Shown: positions 26,101 through 27,538, counted from the first letter of the stretch. The stretch is DNA of 42,786 nt from an uncultured Faecalibacterium sp. (GCA_964491165.1 CAZBFI010000001.1:1-42786); one strand, 5' to 3'. A program made the numbers and translations. Notes: a model not told the origin generated them from the sequence alone.

Positions 26101-27125
26101 GCGAGGTTAAGAACATCGCAGCTTATAAGAACAGCTTCAATGCAGATAATGCTCAGCTCATGGGTTATCTCCTTGAAAGAATCGGCTTCTTCGCTGACAG
26201 ACTTCTTAACAAGCCCGTTGACGGACTTCTTACAATCCTTCCCAACGTTGCATACTTCATTGCAAACGAAGGTGTTGGCCTCGTCGTAAGAAACCTCATC
26301 GCTCCCGTATATTCAATCCTCAGCGTTCTCGGCATCGACCTGATGTCCGTACTCAACATCAGTGACTTGCTCGGCAGCATCGAAATTCCCATCAACCTGC
26401 TTGGTGAGAAGCTCGGTCTCCACCTTCCCAACATTGATTGGATGAAGCTTGCACAGGAAGGCGCATCTGAAATCGTTGAAGTTGCAACTTCACGCTCACA
26501 GGCTGCTAACTCCTATGTAAACGAGCAGAGAATCAAGAATGCAAATGACCTTGCTAATTACATCAGCACATATCCCGAAGCACCTTACGGTTCAAGACCT
26601 AACAAGACAACTCAGACCAATATCGTAGCAGATAAGGGTGACGTTCTTACACTTGTATTCACATGGCTCTTCGAACTGTTCGAGGATAAGGATAATCAGG
26701 AAGCTCTTGTACAGTGGATCGTTGCAACCTTCAATCTCCAGTCCGGTGCTGAAGAGACTGTAAGATATGCTATCAACCAGCTCTTCCTCAAGGCTCAGAT
26801 CTATAACGCACCTGACATCATCGTCGGTGGTCTCTTCTCAGCTCTCGGTATCGCAATCATTATCGACAACGCTCTCAGAGGCAACATTGCCGAGGTACAG
26901 AAGATCTTCAAGGAGCTCTTCGGTGCAGCCGGCAGCGGCGGATGCTCATACGCAAGCATCGCTAAGATCATGGAAGATCTCACAGGTGTTTGGGATGTTA
27001 CAATCGGTTCAGATGACGACCATCAGGGTGCAGTTGATGATGCAGAAGAGACACTCAACTGGTTCCAGAGACTTCTTCAGAAGATTAAGGACTTCTTCGC
27101 TAAGATCTTCAGCATCTTCAAGTAA
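3..27125 (+). CDS. giant acidic modular repeat protein, 5'-truncated by the window (9,040 sense codons visible); function unknown
   Basis: One stop-free frame runs from nt 3 to the TAA at 27123-27125. Codons 3-44 (DILAACGTYSTENN) are in frame without a stop. No Shine-Dalgarno precedes the ATG at 45. The first residues align to the middle of the internal repeat unit, so the true start is upstream of the window. The whole body is tandem 480-750-aa units. A strong terminator follows. Confidence 0.9.
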   Translation, partial: DILAACGTYSTENNMGVTVSSITHSGLTIWQYIFEPIVYWMENVLFVSPVKTIAELLPNLLTLLEYDQLLPKLKNIVVDINAIVKPVGITVNIDVTVLNLSEIIMPLLEGLGLNAETMKTGISGLLAALLGGTRTTNYNKDEDASWLMKVEKVTKEDEFGNKVTTNVTSDIYPAQWKASDGKIYYIKNPGLLTSALYGMMLNADDPATAEENETLNNAFLDWMFMNGGSVAQVPLQIPVNRFMSTGSLRGGDHPNNEYATIQGVFDGNIKNYHIYSDPGATLLTLLRWLLNDGTLDILMPLLEGLITPTKNADGTESSILDTIVPIIDGQADTLMAIIICLLNDYVINFEAFQDPAQDTENWGKWNAEGTEFTGFLNKDGSSKFTVGKVLEEYLSQKNVNITADELASKNYTDADLIAKADLAVANADKLINSLITTIVVALEGTLMNIDIVRDLGLGDIIDQMKQSIADVGVAKVTLEDIVSEVVISNELVDLIMNLVFGDGLPKQATDANGNKIQAKSDSATMTLDGKTYYIDAGTENGEPVVDADGYPVYVSATNKVVDEEGNETDELEFAVNEGILAGLMGDPNSILVKVLDALGQFNLDITPAGFYKLFTDNSTSAYNTQLAAWLKAQAVKHNNGVDIANNDVYDYIKDNMTWGNVRAPKGTKWFEEDGDMSVRFDNFGEMLCDLLAPLNPILGFLLSGQDILLFDELKLQGENGFSKGIVAIFEALGLTTACMSQNSFDNFVYTAAPGTDPANYTNENNVDVDELSKGTLPDGRTKRFAETKNSPLKPLMVAIKELLIGMGDEAGLLDAPLTVLFSKLPNIAYNLYNFKGENGKNTCNFSIAVKNLISPITKILEIVDPVLARVVNLDINELLDSFLDLESLVNNLLGSLVAEGTEATSIHIFDFGKLAADSSTVDRNAKTYRHGADKFTNFVGSPGKLLITLVRTILTKDVVDAVGRLIEGIFNKDTADKTEEELEADQRVRNIISMISTNLCKADTKGELEGGAYVDYLTSIVIDILTDYEPDNGEFYFYEIINRVDEDLIKAEDQIAAMGTVDNPKYAVKHEGYDWDAVPADPNDASKKLYTQDEVEKAIENIDYVVRKAVPAVFATLHDEGIIGGNLAEEFSGENGLWVLLQDLLNGLILKDDALNTITNLLTNLLGASAGSSTTGIIQQALKSAGFDITFNAFLYESDGSKSAVFDYLTYGFKKDASGDLVPAASGGYDMYQLTDGTEAELTWAQVYKNHSYNVYAFDENGELILNDDNTPKLAVVQVQNTRQIGDTTEYEYKYTDASGNIQKVWLAEAGKTEYVVGTDTFTLTASTVDKMENDKPVYEYALLTTAYPQETQDGKYVYTYTDSDGIEQTYTSEYQQLKVLKSAEKDDQGKDIFYTLTAVYSKDTTKKLWTWGIDEAADFSAKKNALLDILWSVLSPFAKIFSTLFAGDALKLFDNTLNIEGGYGYKDYILPIMRAFGLDTILSKLGAEKIAEMNKAHADGDKIPDALMTNDEYLALVYNNNAGSADRELDVDGLGQAVKQIINYVFYFVEILATYPVETLSNALPTLAYFLYADGLTTVVSNLLVPLTTLTNRLSEIIDLDINALGAGLIDMLATGSWENFQLALNSFVYIDPETGNLVTNLDKDISLTYSLFTLLTNLEFDLSGIVGSDDIYGGKYGIVLFLDKDAEHHAKALNKQADELAEADATANADQIAQLREEARKSRADALKSFLGSIVALGDPVSAYKNEANEYIYNNYADYVYVSSNGQVNVSKSEVVMFLLDFIFENQTLKEIIGKLLGYDITDENTADAELLDEIITNVFNNPEVLVDLIVALLVDYDVQKIVGVELKTLEAENHFQFYEDAGYTSHQDVLDHNNNLPEGEEKVTEISRVKTSATIDNLDNLVGTILNLFKSELTKEGGLFAQFGLTADDDITLQALVDAIFETYLYDDKGLNGIMDMLIGLLGGESSAQIVNIVLDILKGAGYDLTPASFKTNVPQLAETIGDAKKWSEVVKNNSKYEYVVKNEDGDVVETLYADEAKLTEITVDGVVKTVTPVMIQQQESRKATDAEGKEYTEYKYVYSVKNEAGELVDTVVWLKEAGKTEWIETPADEATGTAEVKHVVEAVMVDTTKQKTAVKINATWGLKTRDDFVDMLWNCIKPLAPLFAALFCEGDLTVFDKITIKGAAGYEGFVLPLINALGIPVLKANKNADGTWSDDTSTANENEGELYLAADKYYTYDQYKAAVYGADDVFGTEDDNAKIMLTTITDALFALVDSLCARPVATLLTIIPYLAHFIESDGIDMILSNLLVPITTITTMIEKIYKVDLLGIVKDLLRGLIKNLNDNAGQPTDSTDPAAQGTTSAAAAAYVLTAVENVERTSGKSGFETSVAALAETNPAPAIDLSGDDSSNYTFKDIIVELVNGLSINGTKLSSIIDADTVFLDLASIAWIPKTIVVDGVATVQPSQKITVTIYEDRASGVASRSEATEYTVDRESVLINLLNDIVFTPGIRDLIGGLLKYDFSDEKMTTLTEEDSEYLLTVLLYGVFEDPEALERLLIDLLSWYDLEYQDARVSKKDFSDINSTSTAIDYDAIGLDKAQMEKLPEDFDSLIAKIVPAVIGMLPDGALGDLKLEGANLEEMVHNLLADLMMDKEVEGSTTVKSGLATQLVQLLVSTLGGNATVSMIVGLLPSIVDGVDIELKDFKKVNAAFNAYFADYNTWAEAYEGLKSVKKYVASTDSTADVPAHDADNNLYATDANGKPVAEYALDENGAKIPVYANGNKVTDDWGSEWYTSAGTPATDDEQPLENTYVVKTADGKIVYGYQYELVLKDTDSFGVKNYDDILELVSQILAPFAPIFRFLLTEDDLVLLDGVHLTGGDGYDRFIIPLFEVLGVDNYIGSDKFLDKHAFAALDNTAFTAKVVEYIDAVISMVVNTPIQTIVDLVPELVFFVYSDGLAQAVEQFVAPLLTLIDMVNDITAKEIEIQGREDKLVALDIVALITDLVNNGIMTPNKLAEIDGFYGDNGLITRVLSGQGLEELLQGLLTNANTYIYAYEYTVPADSAVEGSTDTVVTVYLDSAELDGTDYQPDSEKTGTYTLTAVHEKNKTPISLGLDKDADGVVDAEQITGIFKWLIQKIAKVEKVDTVRYFGADGAGNNRKVWGVVANRADTLVQVISETLLGGNMITSLLETFGVKLDGTVQTILDAVTGENRYVIFQVLLKYFNEYDVETMVMDYLSFEKVEYAYDTYVEGTNLTQRKLRRAIKKLDGSILTVIPELVPILAENELVKTLLEKIGGYHGQSLKDLVHELLEAYVFNDETMNSIMGLLVGLLGGESLEGTLATVLPLVRDIVDIDITPYGFYEATSSDAIKAYMKEAFDAFPSAPVVDGDGNPVLESDGTPKLTTIENDFTWKDLADYYTKYVYTYNEVTTTTKYEYTYEKDGVTEHYYVESKIEDTTKLVITIDGVDYALTASMNGENQVTKDFYSYNTISKYSSDSDLNGTPVEGVDGKTWFAYEQATDENGNLLWYDEANGIPTAKTVDVTDENGTVIGTEMVRATRVNALNGEEAFDWGIDSAENYEGRKDAFIDVFAGILVPLEGVLNFLLRGESLRILPDESGNGEVLEFYGNNGYDNVIVPLFKALAVDQFGTIMSTDEYVAGKNSAVTLTAITDGIFTILEALTDGPIEYLLTLLPSLSYFISCNGPEIILNNLLSPILALLNLADPIVGDLLDDLLGKTLSGVFGAYMPDDIKYEIATDYKSPVYAEVEEGVDADGNAIMVKVPATDNGKTVIFKDKTYYITAGDGNVIDGEYVVTTTTDAEGNTIPVFETYKSYALTDLLKICGENGDNLIKIINGLVGPLLLGNDATDAEIAAFEILPATFFEAYAEHAITINKAGAGASYYYWYENAEGKLVKIAQDYYDVSMGEIKAARYVVDWFKVDIADSAVYLLDSVLSESLLREIAKLANIDVDDSSNILGVILKNLIEGKFNGLVVADIITALFENYTITYNELYGEYIVPNHDHLNNISADDQAKAERVPAQLDTIIEEALPIVAPILSDLFAPKDGKEPTIINDIFDNYATIADDEAVADLYEIVEYLLDDMIWSDEMVNTIAALIVNLVGDGGVIGTVLDYVGVTGIKLDPQNYLATVKKAYGAKAEMNEAVAALAGIIGTAETWADVVKNDTTPLYAYEYVSGKNDKDEDIKTTVYLADASLDGEAYTVAEEDYILAAVKDADGNHVVKAEFNVDGVADITWGVNAATDKKDAFIKALAVIVEPLFPVLQLVLQGKILTLVGHDKASYEPVNMFEYDADGAAHKVIDDSRTGNEIGNGYIELMGVNGYEELLVPILDAVGGLEAFGAYSADNTDGIMTAAEFCSINNAYDMLAYIVNVVFGFVNKLVANPFEYLATYLPSLLYFIGSDGVYNAIQSVLQLVNALIAIVEPLIGSDGIKLSDTLSLPLDLKMLKLEDTVVIENVFNAETGVNEEKKTTIKGLCSMINDLLPGSTAFKLTKDMILKLAGYLGEYKVIDTVRSTASTALVKYDAETGSMVYVDKDGNVISDANPAEKNKITTIVGNTKYTLTGLLQFALADGLVGSIVDTSTVTGILKTILDNVMGEDATANVSAVIIKLLNKYVVEYKAIEEPAEALSNVGVDYTKYGVEHADVQTALQNLQNLIPGVLSLLNLGSVQDLVADNLYTDKLVNGIINLFIGLLGGFDENTWNLVVDILGYVRDIVGIDIDITPAHYAENAVLADFINAVEKRVDEQGNELELTWADVAKHYTKYEYRYKVEDAKPATETEAATDAKYVTVYFANADLDGQKHIPTEGTYAGKEFTLEKVETVKYEYKYTVVENDTSVEKTFVSDESDLTEYKVGDATYVVTYVGEVRTHNNKVESDFVWGLADIAELNGKADKLVDILAALLSPLDDLLALLLSGGVYESDGTEYGDSLGAFKEINIMGGSGYNYAVIPFLEALSVPAASIKSQAEYEASIETDGALGYILKTVLHTVNDNLDTPLDFVLGLFANLAYTVSKNGLTTIVSNLIAPLSELIKAVECVIPVAIKIDLMALIDGGSIAEILLGDEVELKNAEVGLTLDLDGDTLEALVAKLIAKYLSGFDIIVDFEDIASKTAKLDETGNIIYSDSKVDPKWDNCVGTPGKNIEGDPSATIVTLLTMLITPENVEALLKMLNVDLSTLPAELVTIINNAIDNPDALIGAIIKLLASNYELDSALTMIFYFLGESEYDYSSVDGGKNAVEKAIAKFDKMVNNLIPKILKLLGNDLETPVAIIADIYNGLGEDAANANIKTIVDYLLNDLVFNDKMMNTLLTLVVGLLGGMDANTFATVANIVKEVLHIDITPAGIAAISKTEGGKIAAFIESHVTDETTLDELTWNDITAAHQYYEYRYKTKDAVGTEGSEGYVAAEYATVHFADANLDGTDYTVDSKTYKLEAVVNDKDERVTKTVLDEAWNVTDKDSFLGILYEITAVIEPLLAFLFKGEDINIIIDDLHLVGNNGYENAIVPLAKALNIDINENAGSFENANDMLKEVINGIFGLVEKVEAAPISTILELVGTVSYFVANNGVEIVLKNLITPVTSLVSLFGEVVTMDDVNALLKKYINISLDEITGIAGEDGSKLVSLINGLLPKVEVVGEDGAVRVIEPLPAKFFEIMSSYAISYDSLTAAQKNDENIRKLAVNNWSVKKADVLMYLLATVFTDDFLTLIAKLANLEAGTMIGDVVLGLAGDEDVVINLISMLLNEYKLVYNKYAQIDITKINVDPKAPLTDENLKQAIQAIDGLVPALIGLFVKDADSLAGLVENLVAGADLGNLLMNMLVPVLSGLDLEEILGYVKEFSNLDIKLDASAWASADSSIAAFIKAADDLDGNGEISWAEVEAFYTQYEYTYTVPAVGVEGEEGYVAAETVTVFKPAGTTTITVGEGESAKTYDLVAVNKYEYTYEAVKADGTTETKTIVLDKAGLTETTIGDETVQLTYSKAIQNSKMVSEYNWNIKTFDDLKDFVVELLKPLDVVFEILLSGGEIVAIPDNKPDVEPYPAQITIRGGEGYNFAIIPLFEALGATGLKTQAEYEAQAAADGSHLKYVLDVLFAEVETILDAPITELLSRLANIFYFIGNNSINTLADNLLAPVNTLLDKIYEVFPISIAIDVNKLGVAGASVLDTEFGTAKKGLPSGITVNVEATGLATLLNDLLAGIEINGAKLGLSLELNWIEIAAKMAKTANADQQSVTGAAIEKFASSMDYDAYEGVIGTTEYADGKYYNIKGDVVDTFVTLLQVILTSDNTEAIKNLVTGLLKDAPTEVKDILNDILSDPDAIEKLIGVVVLLLTGESDLSGYPFEFVYKFLGKLDFNYRSNEIESAIGKFDKMIAREAVSVIKLLGTPAADVAEADYSFFNKMAVALDDGDSLADIVAWLLGEFAFTGANFDGLMAIINNLLADAITAELADIISTILPINLMPYAYANASGNAQLIAYVAKAIPAGADEDAKNAVTWADVRNANATSTTVDGKTTWTYNESWNVEGKDAFVNTLLDLLKPLNPILDFLLTGKNLSFTIDGVEIWGADGYANAIVTLLNALGAKQFGIDVPATAETSTEAIGYIIDVLLGKDVTELKGEPAIETTVHVNGLVDVICEAPLTSILTIVGNLSFVIANNNLAPLLKNLLAPVLGIVELAESLISMEQLDALIAGLVNITLPNGKPLNITNIINIAGEGGADLVALINGLIGGIKAYEKIDGKLVEYTQQQVEADTSGATYAEVTVKDENGLERTIYCKVLQVINILPDDFFVDLAKYVVEDSKLNGVAVTTVGNDVDEWTINVSDALMYVLSMVLDYDFFETILKKVGLDLSQGIGETILTMADKENELIDIIVMLLNDYKVVYSKIEQPVLTDATTPYSSFGKDESGKDLLNNGNTSKAIAALDPILNTVIAMLADGKTLGGLVNGLVADADLANLIMNALVPVLSGLDLDAILKYVNELTNINLTTLDPALWTENDKVNFGSQLKNFINAAADLDGDGKLSWAEVEAYYTQYEYTYTVPAVGTEGAEGYVAAKTETVFKPANTAEITVGEGEGAKTYALTPVYTYEYTYLDAQGNTQTYYSAEKNLTVADVDNNAETPDVAVAYVDKAQNSKMLSEFDWKIDDLNDLIPLVCDLLQPFDIIFQILLSGKPIIALEDETGNRADVRIMGGVGYNYAIIPLLEAFGVSELKTQAEYDAQVAADGSSLKYILEVLIGEVNDILETPLNELLSRLANLFYFIGSDGINTIADNLLAPLNTLIAEVDDLFPLAIRIDVAADSILQTYLGKAHDGVPAGITVNVSGADLAKLINSLIDEIVIGSTTINLSLDLNWTALAAKMAKKDTDGKILTTGTKQVYNIGTVKNPEAADLVNLTGDAANAIVTLLDTVLTKDNCENIYKLVDSLLPADFDATIRGLIMDIVGSEQSIKGVLAAVVLLLTGAYDVETLDYVFKYLGVLSFAKADDAKTAIASLDKALVKAVPVIIELLGKGQTDPNNILYKLYNGTKDLEGGSSLTNIVNYLLNDLLFTTDMMSTITGALLGILKGLSADLVGTLKDILGIDLAPVAFAAASGNAELISYVGNAETWAEVAAAHGTEVPVYEADGVTQAKNEDGSPKTKTVYDPVFANADGKNAFVGALLDLLKPLESILAFLLTGEDLTITIENNGEKATLTLKGGNAYETAIVPLLLQGLGLEEIKTGTNKSVVNGATAVDNANDAIKATLDYILVDLLGAIEKAPISTILTVVANLGYFIANDDVAVVIQNLIAPVLGIVDALGGVISRAQLDALIEGLVKVELPNGKKLNLTNIINIAGDNGAILVDLINGLLPSIEMKDPATGEVIGVVNALPNTFFVDLAKAAVKVVKPTGSLAVGTAVTEWTTDNGGAIMYVLSTVLTTDFLNILCDMLGLEPTDAEGNENMVYNIIMSLADSEDAVIDLLLMLLNRYLVEYKGYNLPVLDKIDVKYSSEADHKQFNQVISNLDGLIPVLLDLLIKPDENGNKASNLADIVYPLFVKDDIANMLVSAIVKLLAGLPADTLTMIEGYVNDLTSLKNGSDASGNETFSIAPAAFKNGKFGSKLAAYIGNAQTWNDVWMAHSAEQVNAETGETERVATAYAWGISKTDDLINLVSDFLMPLDCVLSLLLQGGMVRADFDANDPNNTFVGKTLSVFEEIAISGGSGYNYAIVPLLELLGITPKTQEEYDAYVAAHNGSTLHYVLVAIFDKVDEILAAPIENVLDMLANICYALGTGSIATIVENLIAPINHVIEAVDPIFPIAIPIDIGALINGGQLETYLGKSHEGIDAGITFKLEGNDIATLLENIIAGIAIGGTALNLSVDFDWITLARAAAADANGDGKVDFNRSVMNGKWDIYNGDAYKNLVADPGDTFVTLIKTILTKENWEAIKKALNINLGDFDSIIEDIINDPTSIIGLIGQLLNGGSVNYIPVQNRKVEVKSYNYTTYLYMTEQNADIIAANIDKLINDILSKTDFGSLKGLVGGLLTNDLASNLVGMITGLLGGDSISGILSTVAGLTCGEDAILVVYDAAGNVQPLNLDLTVQGYAAKYATYKNANVEFAKRLKAANTWADVDVSGINWGVNGTVTSFANALASILNPLNNVLELLLIGEGKTLGVLPGKDENGNYVKDENGMPTCVANIKGGNGYDYAIIPLLEAFGLKASEVKNIAAYKNSFNADNAQLMGYLLERIGFFADRLLNKPVDGLLTILPNVAYFIANEGVGLVVRNLIAPVYSILSVLGIDLMSVLNISDLLGSIEIPINLLGEKLGLHLPNIDWMKLAQEGASEIVEVATSRSQAANSYVNEQRIKNANDLANYISTYPEAPYGSRPNKTTQTNIVADKGDVLTLVFTWLFELFEDKDNQEALVQWIVATFNLQSGAEETVRYAINQLFLKAQIYNAPDIIVGGLFSALGIAIIIDNALRGNIAEVQKIFKELFGAAGSGGCSYASIAKIMEDLTGVWDVTIGSDDDHQGAVDDAEETLNWFQRLLQKIKDFFAKIFSIFK
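2151..4385 (+). repeat. giant-protein unit 1 (long, B-like)
   Basis: Core GENGFSKGIVAIFEALGL (2151-2204). Post-core LPNIAYNLY...KNLISPI. Ends with a 171-aa Tyr/Thr-rich cassette (3729-4241). Confidence 0.8.
4386..6557 (+). repeat. giant-protein unit 2 (long, B-like)
   Basis: Core GGYGYKDYILPIMRAFGL (4386-4439). Post-core LPTLAYFLYADGLTTVVSNLLVPL. Also carries the MLIGLLGGESS and YDLTPASF blocks. Confidence 0.8.
6558..8636 (+). repeat. giant-protein unit 3 (long, B-like)
   Basis: Core GAAGYEGFVLPLINALGI (6558-6611). Post-core IIPYLAHFIESDGIDMILSNLLVPI. Confidence 0.8.
8637..10886 (+). repeat. giant-protein unit 4 (long, B-like)
   Basis: Core GGDGYDRFIIPLFEVLGV (8637-8690). Post-core LVPELVFFVYSDGLAQAVEQFVAPL. 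Also LLVGLLGGESL and DIDITPYGFY. Confidence 0.8.
10887..13010 (+). repeat. giant-protein unit 5 (long, B-like)
   Basis: Core GNNGYDNVIVPLFKALAV (10887-10940). Post-core LLPSLSYFISCNGPEIILNNLLSPI. Also ILPATFFEAYAEHAI and ALFENYTITY. Confidence 0.8.
13011..14876 (+). repeat. giant-protein unit 6 (B subtype)
   Basis: Core GVNGYEELLVPILDAVGG (13011-13064). Post-core YLPSLLYFIGSDGVYNAIQSVLQLV. Also KLLNKYVVEY, LFIGLLGGFDE and DIDITPAHY. Confidence 0.8.
14877..16532 (+). repeat. giant-protein unit 7 (A subtype)
   Basis: Core GGSGYNYAVIPFLEALSV (14877-14930) followed by KSQAEYEASIETDG. Post-core LFANLAYTVSKNGLTTIVSNLIAPL. Also the AIAKFDKMVNN block and LVVGLLGGMDA. Confidence 0.8.
16533..18173 (+). 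repeat. giant-protein unit 8 (B subtype)
   Basis: Core GNNGYENAIVPLAKALNI (16533-16586). Post-core LVGTVSYFVANNGVEIVLKNLITPV. Also PLPAKFFEIMSSYAI and MLLNEYKLVY. Confidence 0.8.
18174..19718 (+). repeat. giant-protein unit 9 (A subtype)
   Basis: Core GGEGYNFAIIPLFEALGA (18174-18227) followed by KTQAEYEAQAAADG. Post-core LSRLANIFYFIGNNSINTLADNLLAPV. Also AIGKFDKMIAR. Confidence 0.85.
19719..21584 (+). repeat. giant-protein unit 10 (B subtype)
   Basis: Core GADGYANAIVTLLNALGA (19719-19772). Post-core IVGNLSFVIANNNLAPLLKNLLAPV. Also LPNGKPLNITNIINIAGEGGADLVALINGL and MLLNDYKVVY. Confidence 0.85.
21585..23096 (+). repeat. giant-protein unit 11 (A subtype, close paralogue of unit 9)
   Basis: Core GGVGYNYAIIPLLEAFGV (21585-21638) followed by KTQAEYDAQVAADG. 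Post-core LSRLANLFYFIGSDGINTIADNLLAPL. Confidence 0.85.
23097..24596 (+). repeat. giant-protein unit 12 (B subtype, close paralogue of unit 10)
   Basis: Core GGNAYETAIVPLLLQGLGL (23097-23153). Post-core VVANLGYFIANDDVAVVIQNLIAPV. Also LPNGKKLNLTNIINIAGDNGAILVDLINGL and MLLNRYLVEY. Confidence 0.85.
24597..26048 (+). repeat. giant-protein unit 13 (A subtype)
   Basis: Core GGSGYNYAIVPLLELLGI (24597-24650) followed by KTQEEYDAYVAAHNG. Post-core LDMLANICYALGTGSIATIVENLIAPI. Confidence 0.8.
26049..27122 (+). repeat. giant-protein unit 14 (terminal, truncated A-like unit)
   Basis: Core GGNGYDYAIIPLLEAFGL (26049-26102). Post-core LTILPNVAYFIANEGVGLVVRNLIAPV. GDVLTLVFTWLFELFEDKDNQEAL aligns to the VDTFVTLLQVILTSDNTEAI block. 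The protein stops after the helix that aligns to the FDKM block of A units. Confidence 0.7.
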
Positions 27126-27159
27126 GTTTCACGGTTAACATCAACCGCAAACAAAAATC

Positions 27160-27194
27160 AATTCCCCACTTCGAAAGAGGTGGGGAATTTTTTG
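27160..27194 (+). terminator. rho-independent terminator of the giant gene
   Basis: Perfect 10-bp stem AATTCCCCAC (27160-27169) / GTGGGGAATT (27180-27189) with a 10-nt loop, running into a T-tract (27188-27193). It starts 35 nt after the stop codon. Confidence 0.85.
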
Positions 27195-27479
27195 CGTTGC
27201 CTTTCTTGGTCTTATGGCGTTGCCGTTCTTTAAGCAGGTAATTGGAAAAAGCGTGCGTATAGATGAGCTTAAAATGTGTTGTAAAAAGTGAGCGTAATCT
27301 CGCCCAAAAAGAGACAGCAATACCCATCAAGAAGCATTTTGACAGCGTCAGAAAGCTTATGACTTTTCTTTTCATCATGGAAAGCAGTGTACAACTTATC
27401 CGGCAGGGGAGAATTACGGGAAACAGACATTATTATTCTTGCAAAAGCCAAAAAGCTCTGCCGAAAAAAACACAGAACG

Positions 27480-27538
27480 CAAAAAAAAATATCCCCCTTA
27501 ACAACAATGAGTGAAAGCTCAGAGTCGTTGGGGGATAT
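27480..27538 (-). terminator. probable terminator of the peptidase-GDPD operon
   Basis: On the minus strand ATATCCCCC pairs with GGGGGATAT (plus 27489-27497 / 27530-27538), followed by a T9 run (plus A-run 27481-27489). The loop is large (about 32 nt), hence only moderate confidence. Confidence 0.5.

Noticed and set aside
682-26289. Dozens of 60-170-aa ORFs in the two other plus-strand frames inside the giant gene (for example 682-1041, 3439-3954, 10519-10959, 16012-16533, 25879-26289).
   Set aside because: They are fully nested in a 27-kb frame that shows clear repeat conservation. Their translations are Ser/Leu/Thr/Gln-rich low complexity with no RBS. The stop-poor off-frames follow from the strong codon bias of the giant gene.
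3-27125. The giant ORF as an assembly artefact of collapsed or concatenated repeats.
   Set aside because: Units are diverged: the closest pair shares only short exact matches such as one 21-mer. Unit lengths differ, and every junction keeps the reading frame. An artefactual concatenation would not yield 9,040 stop-free codons. Long-read confirmation is still desirable.
27118-27514. Small ORFs in the spacer after the giant gene (27118-27378 minus, 27263-27514 plus, 27269-27451 minus).
   Set aside because: They have no RBS and they overlap terminator hairpins. Their composition is not protein-like, except for the weak RHH-like resemblance noted in the findings.
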